Below are positions 39,001-50,951 of a stretch of 64,000 nucleotides of DNA, piece after piece. Position numbers and translations under genes: made by a program. The stretch is from Lama glama (taxonomy: Eukaryota). The stretch is from assembly GCA_028534125.1 (NCBI GenBank), contig CM052816.1, forward strand, positions 20,710,001 to 20,774,000. Reading direction: 5' to 3'. The notes under the pieces were generated by a model. The model was not told where the DNA came from and did no database searches. It worked only from the letters and a program-made list of their open reading frames with translations. Positions within the stretch are counted from its first letter, which is position 1. Every line of letters begins with the position of its first letter.

Positions 39001-39629
39001 TTCACCAGAATAATCTCTTTCAATCTTCCTCACCCAATATCTGTCCAACTGTCTCCTTGTGTTAAAACTTCAGGGTTGCAGAAACATCCCATGAGGGCGT
39101 GAGAACCAAGTAGAAGGTGCCAAGTAGGCACATGCTTAAGCCCAAAACCACATGGACCAGCGGGGCCATGCTAAGTCACCTGGGAAGAGAATGCAGGGCA
39201 AGGTCAGGGACTGTTCTGAACCCTCCGTGATGAATCTGTGGGTGGTGGGGAGCCCCTGGGAGCTTTTGAGCAGAGCTGTGAGGTACCTTGTACTCCAAGT
39301 GGTGACCAGGACACTCGAGCAGCAGGGGGAAACTGGAGGGGCGACCACACAGGAGGCTGTTGAGGATCTGGATGGAGAGGAAGGGGAGGGCTACGGGTTA
39401 TCAGGAGGGACTCCCTTGTGGGGCTTGGCAGTTGTTCATGCTGCCACTTGAGGCATCACTTGTACCATCACGGCAAGTGGGCAAAGAACAGAGGCAGGTG
39501 GCTTTGAGGACCAAGGGGAGCAGGAGGTCCTGGCAGGACCGAGGAGGGGGAGCAGGGACATCAGCTCAGAGCCATGCACTCAGAGTTCCAGAGCCTAAAA
39601 GCTGGCTGGGCCCCCAGAGCCCATTCCCT

Positions 39630-39760
39630 CATTTCATAGATGTCTAAACTGAGACCCAGGGACCAGAAGGGACCTGCCCAAAGCCACTCGGGCATCACCA
39701 ACAGAGCCAGGCCTGGAGGCCAGGTGTCCAGAGCCATAGCCCCACTTCTGCCCCGTTCAC
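39630..39760 (-). mobile_element. MIR fragment
   Basis: cctcatttcatagatgtctaaactgagacccagggaccagaagggacctgcccaaagccac. Confidence 0.65.
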
Positions 39761-40221
39761 TCGAGCCCCAGCTCGTGATGCTGCCTCATTTTTCACTTGC
39801 TGGGAAATCACCCTGGGAGGTCACTCGCGGGGAAGCGGGGCCTGCCGGGGGAAGGCGTGTTGAACAGTAAATAACCGGGAGTGAGGAGCAGTTCAGTTGC
39901 CATAAATCTCTCCAGAATTTTTAAAGGATCTGGGGAATATTGACATGAACTAAATCTAATAAAACATTCATTTAATTAAACTTTAAATGATCCAAATATT
40001 TGCTGTTTGGTTAATATTTGTGTAGCTGACAGGAGCAGAATTATGATGGTTTTGTCAGTATTCACGCATTCTAATTTTGCATGAGTCTTTCCTGCAAAAA
40101 GTGCACGTCTTCAGACATAGAAATGCTCGAGGAAGAGGGGTGGGTGTGCACTCGGGAAAGATGCAGGAACCGGCTGTCCCGGTAGCGGATGGAGAGACGC
40201 ACAGGCATCCCATTGGGGTTA

Positions 40222-40253
40222 TTTGTTTGTTTGTTTGTTTGTCTGTCTGTCTG
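40222..40253 (+). repeat. (TTTG)5(TCTG)3 compound microsatellite
   Basis: tttgtttgtttgtttgtttgtctgtctgtctg read directly. Confidence 0.9.
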
Positions 40254-40493
40254 TTTTAGTCCTGTGCTGTAGGCTCCCCAGACATTTGCCTACATCTGTT
40301 TAAATCATGTGAGTTTGGGGCCACATGGAGGAAGGGGCTCCTACCTTGCACGTAAGTCTTACATTCTTAATGAGGGCCAGGGCTCCTAGCCTGGTAATGA
40401 GGGCCCCTGAGACCCTGCCAACCAGACTGCCTCACCTCCGCATCCCCCAGCCACGCTCCCCCGTTCCATCTACCCTTCCTCTTACATTTTAAG

Positions 40494-40675
40494 GTGGTGA
40501 TTCTCAGTCCTCAGATGCCACGGAAACCCCTGGATGCTTGTTCACACCTGATGCGCATCCTGCCACCAGTGTCTTTTACCAGCCTGGGCTTGAGGGGCGG
40601 GAGTCTGTGTTTTAACCAGTCACCCCCAGAGATGAGATGCAGGTGGTGGGGGAAACCACAACTGGAGAAGCAGGT
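40494..40675. mobile_element. MER5-like hAT MITE (degenerate)
   Basis: gtgattctcagtcc..gggagtctgtgttttaaccagtcacccccagagatg..atgcaggtggt..accacaactggagaagca. Confidence 0.55.
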
Positions 40676-42690
40676 TCTGGGACCATGGGGAGGTCCTGCT
40701 TCCTCTGAGGGCCCCTCCCTGACCTCTCAGTTGGTCTCTTCCTTGTGCTCTCACTGGTGCTCAGATGTGCAGGGAAAACAGATTTTTGTGTGTGTGTGAC
40801 TCATCTGACTCCTTCACATCCCCACCCACCAGCCACTGGGAGAAAATGCTCCTAAGTGTTCAATCCACTGTAAAGCTTAGTCCAAGCTGACCATTTTGAG
40901 TTCATGTAAGTAATGCCCTAGCTAATAAAAATGCTTTGGGTCTCCAACTCCCAGTTGCCCAAGCTGGTTTCCTCTGCACCTCTGGTTCCCCTGCGTGGAC
41001 CCCCAAGGTCCTGTCTGTGGGCACTCATGCAGAGGTCAGACCTGGCTGTGCTCGTGTCTGGGTGCCCTCAGCCTGGTGGAGTCCAGAGTCCTGTGGAGGA
41101 AGAGGTACCTCCTCTGCACTTGGGGAAAACTCTGGGTTCTGAGTGCAGTGGGAGCTAAACAATTTTAGCAGGTTCTTCTCTCCCCCTCTCTGCCCCTCCA
41201 AATCTCCAAAGTCTGGCCTACAGAGGGTTAGTGCCATCTCTGCCCTGAGCGATATGCCTCATGACTCAGAGGTGGAAGGGCAGCCAGCGGAACATGATTT
41301 AAGAGAGAACTTGAAATGCATCACTTTAATGTTTGTAAAATATGATGCCGGTTGCATCGGCATCAATCACTCTCTGCTTATCTTTCCTCATGCGGGTCCT
41401 TCACCGGGAGTCACATTTTTCCTGTGTGTGACTGTCCCCTCTACACTGGCCTCTTGGCTTTTTTCCTTCTTTATTTCCATTTTCTCCATTTGTCATCCAT
41501 CCATCCAACAGGCGTTGATTAAGCACCTAGTGTATATCTTGTTCATCTTTGTGGGCCTAGGGCCGGGCCACTGAATGTTTGCGAAGGGGCAGGGCTTCAG
41601 TGTTCAGGACAGGACCTTACTGCACCCACTTCCGCCGCACTAAGTTTGCAGTGCCTGGCACCTGTGGCTCTTTTCCCTCCCTCCCCCCTTCCCCTCCCCC
41701 ACAAACACTGGCAAGAGGGTATAAGCACAGATGCACTGCCTGGACACAGCTCAGAAGTGTCCACTGAGTCACAGAGCTCAGTTCCCAGGTGTATGCCTCA
41801 CTCCACACCTGTCGGAACTCCCCCAGGTCCCAGATCTTTGCTGGCATCCCAGAATAAACACAGGCCCCCAGAGCCAGTCCACCTCCCTCTACTCACGCTG
41901 CCTCCAGCTGCCTCCCCAAGCTTCCCAAGTAGCTTTGGGGGCAGAGCCGAGGGTGGCAGTCCAGTTTGTGAGCTGGTGCCTCTCCCTCCAAACCTGATCC
42001 CATTTTGGCTTTGAACGCTCTGCGTTTGATTTTTTCCTAAATCCTGAGAATTTCAAGAGGCCTGTGATTGCAGGGAAATATTTTAGACCCTTCGCATTTG
42101 CCTGATGAATGATTGGTCTTAATGCCAGTTATCAAGTGTAAAATGGTAAGGACTAATAATCTGTGCAGCCCAAAGTACACTTCAGAAAACTAAAGGCTGC
42201 ACAGTGCACGGTCGTTGAACAAAAAGCCAAATCCAAGTTCAGAGAATCCTTAGACAGCAACAGACCTTCAAAGGTCAGCCAGTTCACTCCCCAGGCTTCA
42301 GACAGTGCAACCTGTAATTTGCCCCCAGGGGGAGGAGAAACCTGTCCGCCGGTCAGCAGACCTTGACTGCACTTAGCGAGGCCTCGGCTTCCCCGGGCCC
42401 AGCGAGCACAGGGCAGGGCCCGGCACATCTGGCCCCGGTCACAGCGGGGCAGCCCACATGGCCCAGGCAGGCCGCACAGGGATCTGTGGCTCGGCTCACA
42501 GATCCACAGCCCAGACACTTCCGCTGCGCTAGCTGTGGATCCTGACCTGATTTGACTCACAGACCTCTTTGAGTAGTTAATGTATTCAAATGGAAGTTGC
42601 ATCCCTGGTCCCAGGAGATGTGTCCATCTGTACCTTCATTCAGCACAGTGTGGACAATATTCCTTTTCCCGAAGCTGCCCAGGCTCCTGA

Positions 42691-43440
<750 letters not shown>

Positions 43441-44149
43441 TAGACAGCTGGATGCATAGCATTCCCTGTGGAGGGCAGACATGAGCCTCTGGGCCGGGTG
43501 GGCTGGAGGGAGGGGCCAGTGGGGCGATGAAAGGAGACAAATCAGAACAGAAGCAGCGGCCCGGGGGCCCGGGGGCTTTGTTTGCTGAGCAGGGGAGCGT
43601 GGAGGTGACGTGTGAAAGAAGAGAGCTCCTGAGCTCTCACAGCCTAGCGTGAGCAGTAGGGGTACTCCTGGGCTCTGAGGGCCTGGGCAGCCTGCCATGC
43701 GATCCCAGCATCATCTCACTCTGCCTTTATGACTTTGAGCAGCTTCTTAAACCGCTGATCCTCTGTGAATGAAGCTATTGAGAAAGCAAGGTTAGCGGTG
43801 CCTCCCTTCTTTTGGACTTGAAAAATAAAGGGACTGAGGCAAGAATATTTACTGGCCCTGGTTTGGCACAGGGGTGAGGTGGCTTCCCAGAAGTTCACGT
43901 GAGGAGACAGTGATGTCACCCACGTAGGGCACTGCCAAGTGGCTGACAGGTCTTGAGCTACAGTGACAGGAGTATAAGTTTCAAGCAGACAAGGGGCAGC
44001 TGCTTGGCTCTGAGAATGTGGGATTCATCCTGTGGGATGAGTGATTGGTTCCTGCTAGCAGCTCCAAGCAGGTGGGGGATGTGCAGGGGCAGAGGGAGCT
44101 GGGCTATGTGACCCCATGAGTTGGACCATCACAAAGGGCCAGGGTGCAC

Positions 44150-44360
44150 CCTGAAAAGAGACAAATTTGGGCTGCTTAGATGGAAAACCATTCCAGCTGT
44201 CAGCCCTGGCCCACAGTGGAATGAGCCATCATAGAAGGTAGTGAGCTCCCCATCCCTAGAGGCATGCAAGCTCAAGCAGGTCCATGGTAAACAATCCTGC
44301 TAGCCATAGAGGCAGCTAAACCCCATGACCCTGAAGATCCCTTCCAACTCTGAAACTGCA
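44150..44360 (+). mobile_element. L3/CR1 3'-end fragment
   Basis: cagtggaatgag..gaaggtagtgagctccccatccctagaggcatgcaagc..gaccctgaagatcccttccaactctga, the CR1-type 3' terminus. Confidence 0.7.
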
Positions 44361-45251
44361 TTGTGGGGAGACAGGTCCAGCATGAAATTCTGCAGGAACC
44401 ACAAGGTTGGGACTCTTCTATTCTCTAGGTCCCTTTGGATACACCCTAGAGATCATGAAGGAAGCAGATGGGAAGTGGGGGCCACTCCATAGTCCCACCT
44501 TGGAAAAGCTGTGCAGAAGTGCCCTTCCCCTACCCTTGTCACACCAGGCAGGATCGTTTCCTTGCAATTTCCTGCACTACAGTGAGCACAGCCTTTATCC
44601 CACTCATCTCTGAATGTACCAGCACAAGCCTGGTGGCTGCTTGATAGACAGATGCTGGATGGACAGAGTTCTTTATTTTCTGAGCCTAAGATGCCCAGGG
44701 CTTGTCTGGGATCTTAGCAAGGGGAGACAGTGTCCAGTTTGTAAAGACTAGGGTGTGGGTGTATGTGTGCATGGGCACGTGTGTGTGCAAATCTCTGAAG
44801 GTGGGTTGTCAGCTTTTAATCATGATTGGCCAGTAGTAATTGATTCAGAACTAGGACAGGTCCGCCTGTGTCTGTCTGAACATCCACATGCATTACTTGA
44901 TGCTCTATTTAAAGACATCAGAATTAAAGACAGAGGCAAAACTCCTCTTAATGCACTTGCCATCAGTTAATTAAATTTACTTTGAGTATTTTTCCCCTCC
45001 CTGGAACATGCCTCCAGCACCAACTCAATTGCATTTCTACTTTTCACGGTGAGGTTAGCAATTTGCGTAATTGTGGGTGCAACTAGAGATTAATGGCCTC
45101 TCGTTACCTCCCAGGAAACACTTGCTGCTCTGGGCAAGTCAGCAGCCCACAAACGGGCAGGACCTGGTGCTTCTCAGAAACCCCCATGTGAGGGTACAGG
45201 GGATACAGGGCAGTGCCAGCCCCACAGGGGTCCTTGCCTGATGCATGAAGG

Positions 45252-45324
45252 CACACACACACAGTACACTCACACACACACACAACACACACAGTCACAC
45301 TCACACACACACACACACACACAC
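45252..45324 (+). repeat. Interrupted (CA)n microsatellite
   Basis: (CA)n runs interrupted twice by cagt(c)acactc. Confidence 0.95.
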
Positions 45325-45349
45325 TCATCTGCCTTCAGGAGAGGAGAGC

Positions 45350-45610
45350 GGCATCACAGCCTACTCATGAAGGCCCAGGCTCTGTGGTCACAGGGACCAG
45401 GGTTTACTTACTCAGCTGTGCTACTTACTAGTTGAGTGACCTTGGAAATGACTCGACTTCCCTAAGCCTCAGTTTCCTTCTCTGAGAAAAGGGCTAGATA
45501 GTAGATCCTGCCTCACAGATTATAGTGAGGAATCAAAGACACGTGAAGCTCTTAGCCTGTGTCCATGCTAATACCGCTCCCAGTTTTATTATTACTATTG
45601 TTATCATCAC
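45350..45610 (+). mobile_element. MIR SINE (near full length)
   Basis: ctgtgctacttactagttgagtgaccttggaaa..ctaagcctcagtttccttctctgagaaaaggg..cctgcctcacagattatagtgaggaatcaaa..ttattattactatt. Confidence 0.85.
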
Positions 45611-48600
45611 TTCTGCTCCTGCCAGACAACGCTCTCGACCCCTTGCAGCCTGAGTCCCTGCCCAGCAGCCCGCGCAGTCTAGTGAGGCTCCCCCGTCAGG
45701 GAGATGTGACCCAGGGGTGCCCCTGCTGCCTGTGTTCAGGGACGAGGCTACACCGTCCAGGTCAGCTTGATTCATCCAGGGGAGACACTGACCAGCCACC
45801 TCCAGCAAGTTCAGGGCCACCCTGGCTTGGCCGTATACTTTCTCTGAGCCTGTAGGGAAATGGGGATGGGGACATCCTCCTTTGGGGGCATTTTCAGGCT
45901 GAGCGTGTGTGTGGAGCACCTGATCCAGTGCCTGACACTCAGCAGGGATTCATTCGTGCGGCCCCGCTCTGGGGCCCGTGCGGAGAGCAGTCTTAGGAGG
46001 AAATCAGGCTGGAGAGCGGTGAGCCAGGTCACCAGGATTCACAGGGCATTTCTGAAGCAAGAGTGGTCCAGGGAGAACAGCTCAGGAGGGTAACCCTGAT
46101 GGAGCAAAGATCAGGGATTGATGTGTTCGTAGTGCCCCCCAGCCTGTGGCATCTCTGTGGCTGCCCCCACCTGCTGCTGTCAGAGAGGAAACACGCTCAC
46201 CGGCCTCGTAATCAGCGACTGGCTCCTACACGCTGCGCAAACAGGCGAAGCTGATCAGCCTACAAAATCCAAGGCGGGGAGATTAGAGCACAGAGAGGTG
46301 TGGGCCTCCTTTCTTTGTCATTTGTATGAGACATTCTTGATTGGCAACAAAATATTAATCACTTTTTCACTACTCCCTTAATGAGAAGCTTTCATGGGCA
46401 ACAAAATATTAATTTGTCTTGTCTTATCTGTTAAGAATTCTGTTAATGAATTCAGCCACAGAGCTATTACAGAATGCCATGCTAATGACACATGTAATTA
46501 AACTTTTCTGACTTGCAAACATCAAGGATGCCTCCAGCATCAGAATCATATTTGATCAGAAAGGAAATGTGCCCTTCTAGCCCAGAGCGGAGTGAGAAGG
46601 AGCCACTCAGATTCCCCCGCGAGCAGGGTCGCTGTCAGGAGCACTCATGAGTCACCAATGTGTACACGGCTGTCCAGTTGGCAGACAGCGGGACTGTCCT
46701 CTGGGTTCACTTACTAAGTGCCCGAGAGCAGCAAGCCCTGTGCCAGAGCGTGGAGCGAAGACACTGTCCCAGCCTCGTGGGAGTGAGGTAGCCACAAACG
46801 CAGAGCGGGGTGTGGCAGGTTCTAGGGACCTGGTGTGCCCCTCCAGGGATGCCTGAGCCCCCACCCCACAGGATACCGCAGCCCAGGCCAGGAGGCGCCC
46901 TGCCTCAGCCACACCTGGAAAACAAACCCCCCAGTCAGAGGGCAGGACTGAGGACAGCCTTAATTTCCTCCTCTGAGAAAAGAGATAGATAATAGATCCC
47001 CTGGCCTACTGTGCCTCCCGGCAGTACGTCTCTGGATTATGATACTTCCTTCTGTTTGCGTGATGAGAAATCAATACTTTCTACTTGCGCGTTCCCCAGA
47101 GCTAACAAAGGGCGGCTTGGAATTTGTTTACTTTCCAGCCAGCCTCTGTGTTCTTTGCTGAAGCAGTGGTGGGTCTGGGTGGCTTCAGACCTGACCCTGC
47201 AGCCCCTACCTCAGCCCTCAAGGACCCACGGCCATTACTCCGCCTCGGAAGCTGGAGGCGTGGGGGTGAGTGGGGGGCAGGCCCCCTGAGCTCTGCCTGT
47301 CCTGGTCTTGGGCCAGGCTGCTGGCCGGGAGTACGCCCTTGCTGGTGTGCCCGGACCAGCCCACACCCTGCAGGCCTCCCACTGTGTGCCTGCGGTGGCC
47401 TGTGGCCCTGCTCAGCTCAGACAGCACGATACCACTCGGAGGAAGGGCCCCGATCACTCCCATGGGCCACAACCAGAGCCCATGGGGGAGGCTTATACTC
47501 GGGAGGAACTCTGCCTTAGGAGACAGTGAGACACTTGTCGCCGCAGATACCCAAGTAGAGAGGGGACAACCAGGTTAGCCTCTGAGGGCTCTCTGGTCCC
47601 AGGGATCATACAGTCTTGTGATGAGGAAGGCACGTGAGAGGCGGGGACCAGTGGGATGTGAGAGTCCTGCACAGGAGCCAGGAACGCCCCTGAGGCTTCT
47701 CACTTTTTCACCTGGACCATGGAGCCCCCACCTTCTGTGTCTACCAAGGGCTCAGAGCCAAGCTCTGGGGCTGGGTGGCCACCCATCTCAGAGGCAGATT
47801 CACATGCTCCTCCCCCAACCCTGTCCTCCACACTATGGGTTCTGGGAGAGCCTGCCTCACTTTCTGCAGAAGCAGAACAAGGTGCAAACCCACCCCAGGC
47901 CTCGGCACCCCGCCCAGACCACAAAGTAGCTGGTCAGAGAGAAGTGAAGGGACCGTCCCCAAACCCAGCCTACATGCTCTGCCCCAACGGTGTTACCTGC
48001 TCTCCCCTCATAACTGTCTTCCTCACTGTCCCTTATATCCTCAGGGACAGGGGCTTCCCATGAGGGGAGCAGAAGCAGGGAGAAGACATCCAAAGTCCCA
48101 GAAAACAACTGAGCCCAGAATCCCTGCTAGTGTCCACGCTGGTGTTTCCGTCATTAGTACTAAGCAGCTCCTGTGTCTGGAGGGGCCAGTTCCCGTGCTG
48201 GTCCATTCACAAGCATCATCTCACTCCTCACACACCCCTGGGAGGCCAGAGGGGTTCTGTCACTCAGAAGGTCCAGGAACGTGCCAGGGCCTGCAGCCAG
48301 CCTGCGCATTCCAGCTGGCGCGCTCTGGGCTCCTTGTTCCGGGACACAGCAGCCAGCACCCAGCATAGCCAAGGCCTTGCTCTTGGGCCGCTGGGCCTGC
48401 CTTTTGCTTCCGCAGTGACCGCTGCGGTGCCCGGGCTCCAGTGGATGGGGCCACTATGGACACGGCCCGGATGTCTGGTCCTCCAGGTCTCATTAGCCAC
48501 TGGCCTTCACCACAGCAAAGAAGGGGACAGAAAGCTCTCAGACCAGCACATGGAATTGTTTGGCCAAAGTATTCTCAGAGAGAGGAAACATTTTTCTATT

Positions 48601-49559
48601 GTATTCTTCTTTAAAAAAAAAAAAAAAGACCTATAACAAACCCAGGATATTTCAAACGACTTGAAAGAGCCACTCTTTTTTGTTGTTTCTTTTTCTTTCA
48701 CCAAATCTCACTATTTGGGGCTTTCAAATGTCGGCAGGCAGAGTACAGTGATAAAAGCAGAAAAACAAAACCCATTAGAAGAAAGTATTTGTGGCAGTGT
48801 TTGAAGGATGTGTTAAAAGGTTCACTTTTTTCCCATGCCTAAATGGTATAAAACCACGAACAAATAACTCTAATGAAGCATATGCTCTCAGCCAGCTCTT
48901 CTTTGGAAGTGAGTTATTAAAAAGACCAAAAGAGAATGATTTAGGAGCTCATGACTCATTTAATTTTTATTGTCTTTATATGAACCAGTCATGAATCCAT
49001 TGTAAAAGATGAGAGGCGTTTGATTAGCATGGAGAGCTGTTTGCAACATGCTAGATGGTGGTTGTAGGTTCTGCATGAAAATAATCTCATTACATGCTTG
49101 GGTACATTTTGTTTTAAAATCTTGGAAAACAGTATACTTGAAGCACTCAGAGGTTTTGGCCAGTTCTCTCCAGCTTGTTTCAAAAGCTCTGGTTGCAGAT
49201 GAATATCCAGTTGTTTTGAGCTTTGGATGAGCTCAAACCACTAGGAGAATTGGCCAGACCTCTCCAAGAGACAGGACCCAGGCCCGTGGTACGTCAGCCT
49301 GTGGAACTCATGGAAGGGACTCCTCCAAGTACCTCCACTGTCCTTGGCTTTCCCAGTGGCCTCCTCAGTGTCACTCCTCTTTCCCCATAGTACTAGCTTC
49401 GAGGCATCACTCTGCTCAGTGACCTCTTCTGGCCCCATCTCCAAGGTACCAAGTCCCTCAGGAAGGTTCTCATCCAGCCTCCAGACCCTGAATGCAGAGC
49501 CCCAAGCCACCAAGCACCTGCCCTGCCTGGGCTCCACCCGCCCCAAGCCCCACACAGGG

Positions 49560-49790
49560 GAGCTCACATTCAGGCTATTTTCAGGCTTTATCTACTGCAG
49601 ACAATACAGCAGTGATCATTCTAATACACACCTCTCTGCACATTGGTTATGTAGGTCTGTGAGATATGTTCTTAGAAGTGGAATGACTTCACTGAGGGTG
49701 GATGTGTTTTCTGTTTTGATAGGTATTGCCAGATCTCCAAAAAAAGTCACACCGATTTACACTCTCTCCAACAGCATACCAGAGTTTTAA
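49560..49790 (-). mobile_element. Old L1 (L1ME-like) fragment
   Basis: ttcttagaagtggaatgact..ttttgataggtattgccagat..caccgatttacactctctccaacagcata. Confidence 0.7.
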
Positions 49791-50326
49791 AACCCACATC
49801 AGGGGATAATTCCTGATGGCAAGCCTTGTTGGTCCCTGAAATGAGCCATAGAAGGAAATTCAGTCAAATCCTCCCTAGAGTGTTTCAGGAACAGCAGGAA
49901 TGCTGGTCAGGTGCCTGGGCTGAGTGTGGTCCAGGTTAGAAACGCTGGGAAGGCCCTCTTGGCCTGGGGATTAGTGATACAGCTGTCCCTAGGGAGGGGG
50001 CTGCAGGGTTCCCAGATGAAGGTAACAGGTTCCAGGTCTAGAACTTCAGTTGACGCCTGCAGTGCAGTCTACTGCCCGAGTCCCTTCCCGCCCCAGCTGG
50101 ACACACCAGGCTGATCAGCTAAGGCTCCAAAGCCCCACGCAGGGGCTCAGGCCTGCAACTCAGCAGAGGGCTCCGTGCGCTGCCACTCACCCACATGATA
50201 CTCTGCAGTCCTGGCCAGTCAAGAGGGGTCTGCCCTCTGGCCTCGGGATGGACAAGCTGAGCGCTCAGAGGATAAGCCTTCTGGTGCAGGTGCCCAGGCA
50301 CCTGTGTGCACTCGGACACTCAGGCT

Positions 50327-50951
50327 TGTCCCCAGGTCAAATGCTCACTACCCACACAACTGGGTCAGACTCCCCCCATTTGAGTTTTGGAGTCAATTAC
50401 AAAGTTAGAGGAGCGGTTCACACAAGACCACCCTCACTCTGACATCAACTGCAAGTTTGGGGAGTCCCCAAAACTACCTTCAGGTCCAATAATTTAACTA
50501 GAAGGACTCACAGAACTCACTGAGAGCTGATATACTCACAGTTATGGTTTATTATAAGGAAGGAGTACAGATTGAAAGCAGCCAAGAGAGGAAGTCCACA
50601 GGGCAGAGTCCAGGAGGGGCAAACGCAGAGCTTCCACTGTCCTTTCCGGGTGTGGGCGTGGGTCCCAGCACTGATGTGTAACAACGTGCCAACCAGGGAA
50701 TCTCGCCCAAGGCAGTGTCCAGAGCTTCCACTGGAGCTCGATCCCACACCGCCTGCACGGCTCACTCCTGGTCTCCAGCTGCTCAGGAGGTAGAACAGGT
50801 ACCACATGGCCTTGAGCTGCCGTCATAAATTGCATTGATGGTCTGGTGTGCGCAGGCAAACAAAGGCACATCCCAAGGCCTAGAGTTCACCTCCCAGTAG
50901 CTGAGGGCAGATGCCAGACCTCTCTCTGGGTAACCTTACTCTTCACTTCCA
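50327..50951 (-). mobile_element. MER21/MER77-like LTR
   Basis: cacaagaccaccctcactctgacatcaactgcaagtt..ctagaaggactcacagaactcactg..tatactcacagttatggtttattata..cctcccagtagctgagggcagatgccagacctctctctgggtaa. Confidence 0.8.
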
